Counted from the stretch's first letter, positions 31,700 to 42,974 are shown. The stretch is 64,000 nt of DNA from an uncultured Tidjanibacter sp. (GCA_947852905.1 CANTVF010000005.1:44053-108052); one strand, 5' to 3'. Notes: a model not told the origin generated them from the letters alone. Numbers and translations: made by a program.

Positions 31700-33184
31700 T
31701 TATTCCACACTATCTGTATCCGCAACAGCTTGCGATTCGTTTTTCGTAGGTTTGTCCTTTGGCGTCTTGCTGGGATCGGTTATGGGGTCGGGCATGGCAT
31801 CTATGTCCCAACCGCCGCCGAGTGCCTTGTAAAGTTCCACGAGAGCTATATGTTCGTCGCGGACGGCGTTGCTGAGACCTATCTGTGCATCGAAATATAG
31901 ACGCTGGGCGTCGAGTACGTCTATATAGTTGATGCTGCCGGCGCGATACTGGAGGTGGGCGAGGTCTACGTACTTGAGGGCTGCGTCGCGAAGTTCCAGT
32001 TTAAGCGCGGCGGTGCGGCGTGCGTTGCGGTAGGTTATTACCGCATTGTTGGCCTCGTTGAATACTTCGAGTACTTTCTTTTCGTAAGCCAGCCGCGCTT
32101 CCTCGTATGCTGCGAGTGCGGCACGGTAGCGTGCCTGTTTCTGTCCGAAAGAGAATATGGGTGAGGTGAGCGATCCTATGGCATAGGAGAACGGCGATTG
32201 GAGAAAACCTCTGATCTCGTCGTTTTCGAGACCTCCGGTCAACGAGAATTTCAGTCGCGGAAACCGGTCGGCATAGGCCATGCCGGCTTCTGCCATAGCT
32301 GCGCGCAACTGTTGTTCCGAATCTCTGACATCCGGACGCCTTTGCAACAGTTCCGAAGGCAAACCTACCGGCACGTATTCCGGCATATCTACTTCTATAT
32401 CCATTTTCTTACGTCCTACGTCGAGGTTGGGAAATTCGCCCATCAGCAGCGCTATGCGGTTTTCCGTGACTTCGATTTTGCGTTCGAGGTCAGGTATGAG
32501 CGTTGCGGTACTGGCGTACTCCACCTGTGCCTGCTGGTAGACGGTTTCTGATGTCAGTCCCCCTTCGAAACGCAGTCTGGCCTGATCGATGCCTTCCATT
32601 CGGGTGATGAGTGTCCGTTGCACGATGGCGAGTTCGTTGTCGAGCGCCATCAGTTCGAAATAGGCTTCGGCCACTTCGGCGACGAGTGTCATATGCATGG
32701 CGCGCCATGCCTCCAGCGACGACAGGTATTCGGCGTTTCCTTTACGTTTTGCCCAGCGCAAGTTACCCCATAGGTCGAGTTCCCAACTCAGCGTGGCTTT
32801 TGCACTGAACTCAGGATCGCGCGAGGAGGGCTCCTGATAATAGTCGTTGGTTTCGTAATCGGCCGAGACGAGACCTGTTATGGAAGGGTATTGTGCGGCA
32901 CGTGCTATACGGTACGTTTCCCGCATGCGTTCTACTCTGGCTGCTGCGGCGAGTATGTCCTTGTTGTTTTCGAGTGTGCGCTCTATGATATAACACAGAG
33001 TGGAGTCGCCGTAAAATTCCCACCACTCCATGTCGGCTATGGTCAGCGAGTCGGTGCGCAGTCCTTCGGCTATTTCCTTCGGCATCGTTATGTCAGGCTC
33101 ATTGCAATGTTTCGTGACCGAACATGAGACCAATGTGCCGATTGTTACAGTCAGCGAAAGGAGCACTATAGCTAATCGTTTCAT
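31700..33184 (-). CDS. TolC-family outer membrane efflux lipoprotein
   Basis: True start MKRLAIV at 33184 with lipobox LVSC; WELDLWG, GLPSELLQRRPD, LYKALGGGW. Confidence 0.94.
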   Translation of the reverse strand: MKRLAIVLLSLTVTIGTLVSCSVTKHCNEPDITMPKEIAEGLRTDSLTIADMEWWEFYGDSTLCYIIERTLENNKDILAAAARVERMRETYRIARAAQYPSITGLVSADYETNDYYQEPSSRDPEFSAKATLSWELDLWGNLRWAKRKGNAEYLSSLEAWRAMHMTLVAEVAEAYFELMALDNELAIVQRTLITRMEGIDQARLRFEGGLTSETVYQQAQVEYASTATLIPDLERKIEVTENRIALLMGEFPNLDVGRKKMDIEVDMPEYVPVGLPSELLQRRPDVRDSEQQLRAAMAEAGMAYADRFPRLKFSLTGGLENDEIRGFLQSPFSYAIGSLTSPIFSFGQKQARYRAALAAYEEARLAYEKKVLEVFNEANNAVITYRNARRTAALKLELRDAALKYVDLAHLQYRAGSINYIDVLDAQRLYFDAQIGLSNAVRDEHIALVELYKALGGGWDIDAMPDPITDPSKTPKDKPTKNESQAVADTDSVE

Positions 33185-36100
33185 CGTTTCAGCTTGTGTT
33201 TCAGTTTGTCTTTGATACGGTAAACCCATACGAAGAAATACGGAACGAACAGTATTCCCACCGTTATGGCTACGATCATGCCGAAGAATACGCCCGTACC
33301 TATGCCTTCGCGGCTCGCCGAGCCGGGCCCGGAGGCGAATACCAGCGGCAGAAGTCCGAGTATGAATGCGAGCGAAGTCATGACTATCGGGCGGAAACGA
33401 AGGTGCGCCGCCGTAACTGCGGCCTCCACAACGTCGCGTCCCTTTTCGACCTCTTCTTTGGCGAATTCGACTATAAGTATGGCATTCTTGGCTACCAGTC
33501 CTATGAGCATTACCATGCCGATTTGGAAATATATGTTGTTTTCCAGTCCGCATATCCAGATTCCAAGATATGCCCCGATAAGGGCTACCGGCAGCGACAG
33601 CAGGACGGCTATAGGCACCGACCAGCTTTCGTACTGGGCGGCGAGGAACAGGAATACGAACAGGAATGCCAGAGCGAGTACAAGTCCGGTCTGGCCGCTG
33701 GCATGTTTTTCCTGATACGATAGGCCGCTCCACTCGACCCCTATGGAGGACGGCAGGTGTTCGGCGACTATCTCTTCGAGAATAGCCATGGCCTGTCCGG
33801 AGCTATACCCATGGGCGGCTTCGCCGGATATGGTCGCCGAGTTGAACATATTGAAACGTTTCATGGTACCGGCGCCGGTGGTATAGTATGTGGTACCGAG
33901 AGCGGATACCGGTATCATTGCTCCGTCGGAGCCTTTCACGAAAAACAGGTTCAGGTTGTCGCGATGGGCGCGATATGGCGCTTCCGCATATATGTATACG
34001 CGGTATATGCGGTTGAACATGTTGAAGTCGTTGACATATATGGAGCCCGTAAACGCTTTCATGGTCGAGAATATGTCCGACAACGGTACACCGAGCAGTT
34101 TGGCCTTGTCCCGGTCTACGTCGAAGAACAACTGCGGAATGTCGTCCTGCATGGAAGATGACAAACGGGATAGTTCCGGTCTCCTCTCGGCATAGTACAT
34201 GAGCGTGTCCACTGCTTGTTGCAGTTCTGCGTATGTGGTGTTCCCGCGTGCTTCGAGTACCATTTCGAAACCGCCTGAGGTACCCAGACCCGGTATGACC
34301 GCCGGAGTGGACAGGTAAACCTTGCTTTCGGGATATTGCGACAGTTCCGCTCTTACGCGATCCATTACCTCGCTTACCGAGCCTTTCGAGGAACGTTCGT
34401 TCCATGGCGTGAGAATCACTGTGAGCTGGCTACGTGCCTGATTGGTACCCAGACGAGGGCTGGAGCCGGTAACGTTGAGGACGTACTCTATGTCCGGATC
34501 CTGCATCAGAAAAGCCATGGCGCGGTCTGTCACCTTGCGGGTGCGTTCGAGCGTGGCGCCTTCGGGAAGCTCGAGTTCCACGGTGAAGTAGCCTTGGTCC
34601 TCCTGCGGCATGAAGCTCTGCGGAACGAGTTTGTTCATGAGCCATATGCCGATCAGGATTATGCCGAATGCGGCTATCATGCGTCGCGAATATTTCAGCG
34701 AAGCGCGGATCAGTTTCTCGTATTTGGCATTACCTTTTGCGAGCGTGCGGTTGATCCAGCGGAATACTTTGTTTTTCTCTTTGCCGTCATTGGGACGAAG
34801 GAATTTGGAGCACATGACGGGACTGAGCGTCAACGCTACGACGGTCGATATGATTACCGATACTGCGATAGTTATCGTAAACTGGCGGTATAGCTGTCCA
34901 GTGATGCCGCCGAGGAAACTTACCGGTACGAATACGGCACACAGAACGAGCGACATGGCTATCAGGGCGCCGCTCAGGTTTCGCATGGCCTTCTTGGTCG
35001 CCTCGTAAGGGGACAGGTGTTCCTCGTTCATGATTCGGTCGACATTTTCCACTACCACGATAGCATCGTCCACGACGATACCTATGGCGAGGATCAGACC
35101 GAGCAGCGTCATCATGTTGAGCGAGAACCCGAAGATCAGCATGACGCCGAACGTTCCGATGAGCGATATGGGGACGGCCACGATAGGGATGATAGTAGCG
35201 CGCCAGCTTTGCAGCGACAGGAACACTACCAGAATCACGAGTAACAACGCCTCGAACAGCGTCTGGTATACATGGTGTATGGATTCCGATATGTACGTGG
35301 TCATATCGAACGGTATCGCGTAGCTTATGCCTTCCGGAAAGTTCTGGCTGATCTCTTCCATGGCCTCTTTAACGGCGTCGGCAACTTCCATGGCATTCGC
35401 TCCCGGCAGCATGTTTATGTTGAGTACTGCCGCATTGCCTCCGTTGATACCGCTTTCGGTATTGTACGACTGAGCTTCGAGCGATATACGGGCCACGTCT
35501 TTAAGCCGGATGATCGATCCGTCTGGGTTGGCGCGCAGCACGATGTCTTCGAATTCGCTGACCGACGAGAGACGTCCGTGAGCCGTGATAGGAATGGTGA
35601 CGTCGAGACCTGTCATAGGTGCCTGTCCGAGTATGCCGGCCGCCGATTCGCGGTTCTGGTCTTTGAGCGCCGATTGCAGATCCTTGACCGTCAGGCCGAA
35701 ATTTGCCAGTTTGTCGGGTTGTACCCATATCTGCATGGCGTAATAACGGCTTCCGACATTTGATACGCTACCTACTCCGGGAATACGGCGCAGCATGTCC
35801 ACGACGTTGAGTGTCGCGTAGTTGCTGAGGTAGATTTCGTCGAACTTGGGATCGTCTGAAAGCAACGTTATGGTCATCAGTTTGCTCGAAGCCTGCTTTT
35901 CGACCGATATGCCGTTCTGTACCACCTCGGCGGGAAGACGGGCTTCTGCCTGTTTTATACGGTTCTGTATGTCCACGGCCGCAAGGTCGGGATCGGTGGA
36001 TATGTCGAACGTAACGGTTGCCGTAAAACCTCCGGAGTTGGAACTCGACGATTCCATGTATATCATGCCCGGAGTACCGTTGAGTTCCTGTTCGATAGGT

Positions 36101-36291
36101 GTGGCGACTGCCTGTGTGACGGTCTGGGCATCGGCACCCGGATAGGAGGCCGACACTTTCACTACGGGAGGTACTATCTGAGGGTATTGGTCTACGGGAA
36201 GCAGTGTCAATCCTATGGCGCCGACGATAACTATCACTATGGATATTACCGTCGAAAAGACCGGGCGGTCTATGAAAAAGTCGGTCTTCAT
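33181..36291 (-). CDS. RND efflux permease (AcrB/HAE1 family)
   Basis: FFIDRPVF, GIVVDDAIVVVEN, RFRPIVMTS; 1036 aa. Confidence 0.97.
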   Translation of the reverse strand: MKTDFFIDRPVFSTVISIVIVIVGAIGLTLLPVDQYPQIVPPVVKVSASYPGADAQTVTQAVATPIEQELNGTPGMIYMESSSSNSGGFTATVTFDISTDPDLAAVDIQNRIKQAEARLPAEVVQNGISVEKQASSKLMTITLLSDDPKFDEIYLSNYATLNVVDMLRRIPGVGSVSNVGSRYYAMQIWVQPDKLANFGLTVKDLQSALKDQNRESAAGILGQAPMTGLDVTIPITAHGRLSSVSEFEDIVLRANPDGSIIRLKDVARISLEAQSYNTESGINGGNAAVLNINMLPGANAMEVADAVKEAMEEISQNFPEGISYAIPFDMTTYISESIHHVYQTLFEALLLVILVVFLSLQSWRATIIPIVAVPISLIGTFGVMLIFGFSLNMMTLLGLILAIGIVVDDAIVVVENVDRIMNEEHLSPYEATKKAMRNLSGALIAMSLVLCAVFVPVSFLGGITGQLYRQFTITIAVSVIISTVVALTLSPVMCSKFLRPNDGKEKNKVFRWINRTLAKGNAKYEKLIRASLKYSRRMIAAFGIILIGIWLMNKLVPQSFMPQEDQGYFTVELELPEGATLERTRKVTDRAMAFLMQDPDIEYVLNVTGSSPRLGTNQARSQLTVILTPWNERSSKGSVSEVMDRVRAELSQYPESKVYLSTPAVIPGLGTSGGFEMVLEARGNTTYAELQQAVDTLMYYAERRPELSRLSSSMQDDIPQLFFDVDRDKAKLLGVPLSDIFSTMKAFTGSIYVNDFNMFNRIYRVYIYAEAPYRAHRDNLNLFFVKGSDGAMIPVSALGTTYYTTGAGTMKRFNMFNSATISGEAAHGYSSGQAMAILEEIVAEHLPSSIGVEWSGLSYQEKHASGQTGLVLALAFLFVFLFLAAQYESWSVPIAVLLSLPVALIGAYLGIWICGLENNIYFQIGMVMLIGLVAKNAILIVEFAKEEVEKGRDVVEAAVTAAHLRFRPIVMTSLAFILGLLPLVFASGPGSASREGIGTGVFFGMIVAITVGILFVPYFFVWVYRIKDKLKHKLKR

Positions 36292-36295
36292 GGGA

Positions 36296-37513
36296 TTACT
36301 TTGCGTTTTCGGTTTCTGTAGTGTCGGCCGGTACTGTCTTGACCTTCATGCCGTGCGACAGTTTGTGATAACCTTCCACCACTATTTTCTCGTTGTATCC
36401 GAGGCCGCGCTCGATGATTATGTCGTTGTCTATTTCCGGACCTGTCTCCACGAAACGCTTTTCGACGACGTTGTCCGGTCTTACCACGAATATGTACGCG
36501 CCGCCTTTCTCGATGATAATGGCTTTGTTAGGCACGACTATGGCATTCTCGCGAACGTCGAGCAGCAGTTTTACCTGTGTGAACTGACCGGGGAGCAATA
36601 TATGGTTCGGATTGGCCATTTCGGCACGGACGGAGAACGTTCCGGTCTTGGGATCTACCTGCGGGTCGGCGAAATCAACGAGACCGCGGACGGGATATTG
36701 CGAACCGTCGGCGAGTGTAACGGTTATATACGGATCCCATGTACGCGTGGAATCCTTGTGTCCGAGATTTACGTTACGGGCTTTGGAACGCAGATAGTCC
36801 AGCGCCGTCATGCTGAAGTCTACGAGTACGGTATCGCTTTTCACGACCGTAGCCAAAAGAGATTTGCCGCCGGGACCGACGAGCGTACCTATGTCGGCGT
36901 TGCGTTCGGATATGTAACCGGAAATGGGGGACTGGACTGTCGTATAGCTTAGAGTCATTTCGGCCTGTGTCAGGTCTGCCTCGCTGACAATGACGTCGGC
37001 TTCGGCGCTTTCGTAGGATGCGATAGCGTTATCGAGGTCGAGCTGGCTGGCGGCATTCTGTTCGTACAGAGGCCGGATTCGGTTAAGGTCGCGTTCGGCC
37101 TTGAGCGCCTGCGCACGTGCTTTGTTGAGTTGGGCTTTGGCTTTATTTACGCGAGCTCGGTACAATTTGGGGTCTATGATGAAAAGCGTCTGGCCTTTTT
37201 GGATATATGTACCTTCATCGAAAAGCATGGCTTCGAGATAACCTTCAACACGTGCGCGTATCTCGACGAATTGTTGCGCTCTGATGCGGCCTACGTATTC
37301 GCCGTATATTTCGGCGTCTTCCAGCCTGACTGGTTCGACGGCCACTACAGGCAGTTCTGCCGGTACGGGTTTTGGTCTGAGTACGATGACCAGTACGACG
37401 GCGATCACAGCCGCACCCAATATTATGGCGATCCATTGTCCGCGCGATAGGTCTTTGGCCTGTCCCGATATGTGGGCTGCCGTTTCCTTGAAGGTTTCCT
37501 TATTGAATTTCAT
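36296..37513 (-). CDS. RND periplasmic adaptor subunit
   Basis: EIRARVEGYL, TTVQSPISG, VDPKTGTF, LLPGQF. Confidence 0.95.
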   Translation of the reverse strand: MKFNKETFKETAAHISGQAKDLSRGQWIAIILGAAVIAVVLVIVLRPKPVPAELPVVAVEPVRLEDAEIYGEYVGRIRAQQFVEIRARVEGYLEAMLFDEGTYIQKGQTLFIIDPKLYRARVNKAKAQLNKARAQALKAERDLNRIRPLYEQNAASQLDLDNAIASYESAEADVIVSEADLTQAEMTLSYTTVQSPISGYISERNADIGTLVGPGGKSLLATVVKSDTVLVDFSMTALDYLRSKARNVNLGHKDSTRTWDPYITVTLADGSQYPVRGLVDFADPQVDPKTGTFSVRAEMANPNHILLPGQFTQVKLLLDVRENAIVVPNKAIIIEKGGAYIFVVRPDNVVEKRFVETGPEIDNDIIIERGLGYNEKIVVEGYHKLSHGMKVKTVPADTTETENAK

Positions 37514-37937
37514 AAAATAGTCCTTATCCGGTTAATTCGAAATCATAAGCACACAAAGATATGTAATTTGGATTGATTGAAGCATCGTAGAATGCCCTTT
37601 AATGGTTCCTGTCACTGATAAATTACGTTCCAACGGCTATTTTTATTGCTTATTGCAGACGTTCTCAGCCATTTTATATCGGTAGACCGGGTAGGAGAGA
37701 GACGATTCCGGTAGTTTCGTATTGTGTCCGCCTGTATTTGGATTTTGAGACTTGCACGGATGTTCGCAGTGTTGTTGTCCGTATAAACGGTATTTCGGAT
37801 TGTATGTTTTGGGCGCTTCTGACGCGGGATCGTAGATACGGCTATTAATGGTATGTCGTGTCGATCGACAGGTCTTGCCATGTGTTTTTGACCGTTTCGC
37901 CTGCGTGTTTGGTACGGTGTGTTGAGAACTGCAAAAC

Positions 37938-37967
37938 AAAAAAGCCGCTCGTATGAGCGGCTTTTTT
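37938..37967 (-). terminator. Terminator downstream of tRNA-Val
   Basis: AAAAAAGCCGCTC-GTAT-GAGCGGCTTTTTT. Confidence 0.85.
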
Positions 37968-37972
37968 GTTTG

Positions 37973-38047
37973 TGGGAGCACAGGGATTCGAACCCCGGAC
38001 CCTCTGCTTGTAAGGCAGATGCTCTGAACCAGCTGAGCTATACTCCC
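37973..38047 (-). tRNA. tRNA-Val(TAC)
   Basis: Reverse complement GGGAGTATAGCTCAGCTGGTTCAGAGCATCTGCCTTACAAGCAGAGGGTCCGGGGTTCGAATCCCTGTGCTCCCA folds as a cloverleaf with anticodon TAC. Confidence 0.97.
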
Positions 38048-38269
38048 TCGTGGTGCAATTGACAAGCATCGTTCGGTTTGCGAAAAACTTTCCTTTGCTT
38101 CTCAATTGCGTTGCAAATATACTGCAAATTCCTTTACCGCCAAATTTTCGGGTGATTTTTTACGTGTTTTTTCTTTTCTTATGCGGAGGTGTGGAAGATA
38201 GCTCGATGTGTATGTTCTTATATGTTATGTCGTTACGGCAATGTATGAATGCAGGGTAGGGATGGCGGG

Positions 38270-39178
38270 TCAGTATTCCGCGCGGTAGAAAACTCCCAGC
38301 GGCAGTGTCTTTTCGGCACGGTCGTAGAAAAAAAGTTCTCCGAACTGTTCGTGTTCAGGTCGTGGAAACAGTTGGCCTGCGATGCTTTTGGCCAGTAGCG
38401 CCGACAGTCCCATGGAGTACAGATTGAGTACGAGGAACGCCCCGTGGCCTGCAAGCAGCTGCGAACAACATTCGAGCATTTCGCCTATGTTTTGTTCCAG
38501 CACCCATTTTTCGCCTTCGGGACCTCTTCCGTATGCCGGCGGGTCGAGTATTATGCCGTCGTACGATTTGCCGCGCCGTACTTCGCGTTTGACGAATTTC
38601 AGAGCGTCTTCTATGACCCAGCGAATGCCTGAGAGACCGCTCGCCTCCATGTTCTCGCGCGACCACGATACCACTTGCCGGACGGAATCCACGTGCGTAA
38701 CGTCGGCTCCGGCGCAACATGCGGCCAAAGATGCACCGCCCGTATAGGCGAACAGGTTTAGTATGCGCGGAGCATGTCCGTACCGCAGCTTTTGTTCCGT
38801 GACGGTGTCGTATATGAAATTCCAGTTCTCGGCTTGTTCCGGGAATACCCCGACGTGCTTGAACGACGTCAGACCGAGGCGCAGCGTGAGTGCCATGGTT
38901 TTGTATCGGTACGAGATGCGCCACTGTTCGGGCATGCCCGGTTTAAGCAGCCAGCGGCCGCGTTCTTCGCTTGCGTTGTCTTTGCGGAATACGGCTCCGG
39001 CGAGGCGTTCCCATTCTGTATCAGGAAGCGATTTACGCCAGATTGCCTGCGGTTCCGGTCTTACGGTCATACGGTTGCCGAAGCGTTCGAGTTTCTCGAA
39101 TCCGCCGCAGTCGATGAGTTCGTAATCTTCCCAATCGGGAGTGAGCAGCGATGGCGTCATATCGTTGGTCGCGTTCAT
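38270..39178 (-). CDS. Class I SAM-dependent methyltransferase (RlmI-like)
   Basis: KHVGVFPEQ, ILNLFAYTGG, IILDPPAYG. Confidence 0.88.
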   Translation of the reverse strand: MNATNDMTPSLLTPDWEDYELIDCGGFEKLERFGNRMTVRPEPQAIWRKSLPDTEWERLAGAVFRKDNASEERGRWLLKPGMPEQWRISYRYKTMALTLRLGLTSFKHVGVFPEQAENWNFIYDTVTEQKLRYGHAPRILNLFAYTGGASLAACCAGADVTHVDSVRQVVSWSRENMEASGLSGIRWVIEDALKFVKREVRRGKSYDGIILDPPAYGRGPEGEKWVLEQNIGEMLECCSQLLAGHGAFLVLNLYSMGLSALLAKSIAGQLFPRPEHEQFGELFFYDRAEKTLPLGVFYRAEY

Positions 39179-39230
39179 TTTCGTATAGGTTTTTATGTTT
39201 GGGACGGCATGTTTCTGTGATGCCTTGGTG

Positions 39231-41105
39231 TCAACCTTCGTAGATTATGCTCATCATGCATTCGCGGCAGTCGAACTCCAGACGGTAACGATGCCGACCG
39301 TGGAGCAGGAACAGTGGCTTTGCTATGGTGCCGGATGTTTTCATGCACATTCCGTTCTCGCGCCGTATGCAGAACGGTGTGCGCATTACGGTGACGCCCT
39401 TCATGTCTGTGCGAAGGTCTAGACCGTCGGCGATGTTTTTCGCACCGTACCGTTTGTAGAATCGTGCCGCCATGCTGTTTGTGACGTTTTCGTAGGGCGA
39501 GACGTCGCCATATGGGTAGGTGTTTCCGTGACGTGGCCGGGGTATGTGTCTCGGCGGTGTTGCGGCTGTACGGATCCGTGCGAGCTTGTCGAGTCCTTCA
39601 CGACGCAGGGCATTGAGAGCGGAGACCCTTATGAATGGAAGTCGTTCAACGTCCGTTTCTGCCGTCAGGTTTGCATCCGTGTCCGAAGTTCTGTCGTCGT
39701 ATCCTTCGATTTTGACGTCGGCGATTCGGAATACGGTATCGCCCGATCGGGACAGTTGCGTGCGCAAGGTTTCGGCCATTTTGGCCGTGTCTCTGGCTTC
39801 GCCGTCGGTGCATCGGACGGATGCTACGGCTGCGTTTCCGTCCGTATCGGAAAAACGGACTTCGAGCGATTCTCCTGTATGGAACACCTCTGCGGAGGCG
39901 TCTATCACGCGGCGTGTCCGGCTGGCTTCCAACATTGTCGCGAAGCGGTGGTCGTAGTTGCGGAACAGTGTGTCGCCCGGCGAAACGGGTAACGGTTTGT
40001 TCGTATACAGGCGTCGTCCTTCCACGTGATTTATATTGGTGCCGGATAACATTCCTCCGCTTATGCAGCATATGCCGTCGCCGGGTGAGAATACGTCGCG
40101 GCTGTCGGTTTCTATCCATCCGTTGCCGGTTTTCGTTATTCTTCCCGCTGCCGCGCCCACGGCCTTAGGAGTGTCGGGAGAGGAGACTCCCGCTCTGCGG
40201 CCACAGTAGAAATATTCCGTCCGGCCGCGTGAGAACGTTTTCGTTATATCCGGAACGAAATCGGTGACGCTTTCCCCGGCGGACGATCTTACCAGCTCCT
40301 TGCGTAGTTGCAGTTCTTCGTCTATGCGGCGGCGGTACCAGCTGACGACGTTCTTTACGTATGCGGTATCTTTCAGGCGTCCCTCTATTTTGAAAGAGGA
40401 AATTCCGGCATCCATGAGTTCGCCTATGCGGGCGGACAGATCCATATCCTTGACCGACAGCAGGTGTTTGCCTTTGCGAAGTATCGTGCCGTCTCCGTCC
40501 GTGAGATCGTAGGTCATGCGGCATGCCTGTATGCAGTCGCCTCGGTTGCCGCTGCGGGACGACATGGAACGGCTCATGTAGCACCGCCCGCTGTGACATA
40601 CGCAGATGGCTCCGTGGACGAAGCATTCGAGTTCTACCTCCGTCGCCGACCTTATGGCGCGTATCTGTTCTATGGACAGATTGCGTTCCAGTATGACGCG
40701 TGTGAATCCGGCGTCCTGTAGGAATTTCGCCTTTTCGGGCGTGGCGTTGAAAGTCTGTGTGGATGCATGCAGCTCTATGCCTTCGAGCCCCATTTCCGCA
40801 TAAGCCATATCCTGCACTATCAGTGCGTCCGCACCGGCTTCTATGACCTGCCGTGCTGTAACTTCCGCGTCGCGGAGTTCGTCCTCGAAAAGAATCGTAT
40901 TGAGAGTGACGTATACACGCGCACCGAAAAGATGCGCGTATGCCGCAGCATCGGCAATGGCTGAAACGGGGTTTCCTGCCGCCTGCCGTGCGCCGAAGCG
41001 GGGAGCGCCCATGTAAACGGCATCTGCGCCGTAATCTATGGCTGCGCGTGCCGTATCGAAATCCTTGGCCGGTGCCAGCAGTTCTATTTTACGTTTTCCG
41101 TTCAT
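39231..41105 (-). CDS. U32 peptidase-family protein with C-terminal extension (RlhA-like 23S rRNA hydroxylase candidate)
   Basis: IELLAPA, GADAVY, HASTQ, Cys cluster GAICVCHSGRC...RGDCIQACR, FKIEGR. Confidence 0.85.
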   Translation of the reverse strand: MNGKRKIELLAPAKDFDTARAAIDYGADAVYMGAPRFGARQAAGNPVSAIADAAAYAHLFGARVYVTLNTILFEDELRDAEVTARQVIEAGADALIVQDMAYAEMGLEGIELHASTQTFNATPEKAKFLQDAGFTRVILERNLSIEQIRAIRSATEVELECFVHGAICVCHSGRCYMSRSMSSRSGNRGDCIQACRMTYDLTDGDGTILRKGKHLLSVKDMDLSARIGELMDAGISSFKIEGRLKDTAYVKNVVSWYRRRIDEELQLRKELVRSSAGESVTDFVPDITKTFSRGRTEYFYCGRRAGVSSPDTPKAVGAAAGRITKTGNGWIETDSRDVFSPGDGICCISGGMLSGTNINHVEGRRLYTNKPLPVSPGDTLFRNYDHRFATMLEASRTRRVIDASAEVFHTGESLEVRFSDTDGNAAVASVRCTDGEARDTAKMAETLRTQLSRSGDTVFRIADVKIEGYDDRTSDTDANLTAETDVERLPFIRVSALNALRREGLDKLARIRTAATPPRHIPRPRHGNTYPYGDVSPYENVTNSMAARFYKRYGAKNIADGLDLRTDMKGVTVMRTPFCIRRENGMCMKTSGTIAKPLFLLHGRHRYRLEFDCRECMMSIIYEG

Positions 41106-41425
41106 GCTTGGGTACGTTTCGTATTGCGGCATAGTTTACTCCGGCAAAGATACTCAACAAATGCGAGTCGGCGGTTATGGCCCGTCGGTTTTCGTTACCC
41201 TTGTCGGTATTCGATTGATGTACTCCACCCTTTATCGTGACTTGTTACGGATATCGGCGACAGTGTGTCCGGTGCATGACTGTAGATAGGGCGGATAACG
41301 GGCTTTATAGTGCCGTAGTATTACGGTTGGAGAGGAGAAACATGCATAGGAAACGGTTGTGAAAACGAAACAGCCTGTCCTAAGTCGGGCAGGCTGTCGT
41401 TGCGTTCCCTTTACCGGGTACCGAA

Positions 41426-41692
41426 CTATTTGTTGTTCTTCTTGTCGTAATGTTTCTGATAACGGCTCATGAACTTGTCCACGCGTCCGGCGGTATCGAC
41501 GAGTTTCATCTTACCGGTGTAGAACGGATGCGAGGTGTTCGAGATTTCCATCTTGTAGACGGGATAGGTCACGCCGTCCACTTCGATAGTCTCCTTCGTG
41601 TTTACGGCCGAACGGGTGATAAACACGTGGTCGTTGGACATGTCTTTGAATGCCACCAACCTGTAATTCTTAGGATGAATATCTTTTTTCAT
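41426..41692 (-). CDS. rpmE: 50S ribosomal protein L31, type B (Cys-free)
   Basis: MKKDIHP, SHPFYTG, AGRVDKF; no CxxC motifs. Confidence 0.96.
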   Translation of the reverse strand: MKKDIHPKNYRLVAFKDMSNDHVFITRSAVNTKETIEVDGVTYPVYKMEISNTSHPFYTGKMKLVDTAGRVDKFMSRYQKHYDKKNNK

Positions 41693-41720
41693 TGTCTGTC
41701 TTGATCTAAAAGGTTACCAA

Positions 41721-42161
41721 TTACTCCGCAGCGACTACCGAGAAGTGTATCGTAGCTTTCACGTCCTTGTGCAGTTTTACGACAGCTTCATATTCGCCTA
41801 CCTGTTTGATAGGTTCTACGGTTATGTTCTTGCGGTCTACCTCTACGCCTTTGGCTGCTATCGCTTCTGCAAGGTCGGTCGAAGTTACCGATCCGAAGAT
41901 ACGGCCTTCCTCGGCCTTGGCGGAAATCACGATAGCGAAAGCTTCGATCTTTGCGGCCAGTTCCTTGGCGTCGGCCAGTATCTTGGCCTCTTTGTGGGCG
42001 CGCTGTTTGATATTTTCAGCCAATACCTTCTTTGCCGATTCGGTGGCTACGGTAGCCAGTCCTTGGGGAAGGAGGTAGTTGTTGGCGTAACCGGGTTTCA
42101 CCGAAACGATATCGTTGGCGTAACCCAAATTCTCTACGTCTTTTTTAAGAATCACTTGCAT
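41721..42161 (-). CDS. rplI: 50S ribosomal protein L9
   Basis: VKPGYANNYLLPQG, IFGSVT. Confidence 0.97.
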   Translation of the reverse strand: MQVILKKDVENLGYANDIVSVKPGYANNYLLPQGLATVATESAKKVLAENIKQRAHKEAKILADAKELAAKIEAFAIVISAKAEEGRIFGSVTSTDLAEAIAAKGVEVDRKNITVEPIKQVGEYEAVVKLHKDVKATIHFSVVAAE

Positions 42162-42180
42162 CTTTCAGTCCTCCTTTATA

Positions 42181-42459
42181 TTATTTCATCAAATCGGTTA
42201 CGAACGGAAGGATAGCCAGGTGGCGTGCGCGTTTTACGGCCTGTGCCACTTTTTTCTGGAATTTCTGCGAAGTACCGGTGAGGCGGCGGGGAAGGATCTT
42301 ACCCTGCTCGTTGAGGAACTTCTTGAGGAATTCCGGGTCCTTGTAGTCTACATATTTGATACCGGCTTTTTTGAAGCGGCAGTATTTTTTCTTCCGAACG
42401 TCTACGGTTACGGGGTTGAGATACCTGATCTCCGATTGCTGTGCGTTAGGTGTTGCCAT
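42181..42459 (-). CDS. rpsR: 30S ribosomal protein S18
   Basis: [27 protein letters not shown]. Confidence 0.98.
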   Translation of the reverse strand: MATPNAQQSEIRYLNPVTVDVRKKKYCRFKKAGIKYVDYKDPEFLKKFLNEQGKILPRRLTGTSQKFQKKVAQAVKRARHLAILPFVTDLMK

Positions 42460-42462
42460 GGT

Positions 42463-42819
42463 CTATTCCTCCTTTTTTTCAGCTGATTTGTTTGCCAGTT
42501 TGTTCCTGCGTTTCTCCGAATATTCGACGGCGTATTTGTCCTGACGGAAAGTGAGGAAACGGATTACGCGTTCGTCGCGGCGATACTGCGTTTCGAGGGT
42601 TTCCACGATCGAGCCTTCGCCGGTGAATTCGAGAAGGAAATAGTAGCCGGTGGTCTTCTTCTGAATAGGATAGGCGAGCTTTTTCAGTCCCCAAGCCTCT
42701 TCGTTTACGATCTGACCGCCGTTTTCGGTGATGACACCGCGGAATTTGCCGATGAGTTCTTCGAGCTGCTGGTCCGAAAGAACCGGAGTGGCAATGAAAA
42801 CGGTTTCGTAATTGTTCAT
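42463..42819 (-). CDS. rpsF: 30S ribosomal protein S6
   Basis: [19 protein letters not shown]; CAAAGATA (-7 box on minus strand) at 42860-42867. Confidence 0.97.
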   Translation of the reverse strand: MNNYETVFIATPVLSDQQLEELIGKFRGVITENGGQIVNEEAWGLKKLAYPIQKKTTGYYFLLEFTGEGSIVETLETQYRRDERVIRFLTFRQDKYAVEYSEKRRNKLANKSAEKKEE

Positions 42820-42974
42820 AAAAGTTTGTTTTACATTAGACTTGTGCAAAATGCGGACGCAAAGATACCCATTAGATTTTTAATTGCAAAGGGTTGCCCC
42901 GTGATTTTTGCATAAAAAGCTATATGTCGGTACTTGTGGCGTGCGGTAATGTGCCGTTTGCATGGTTTCGGCTG

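Noticed and set aside
33185-33733. 677-aa TolC call with a long N-terminal extension
   Set aside because: The extension overlaps the acrB-type gene in another frame; the lipoprotein signal starts at 33184.
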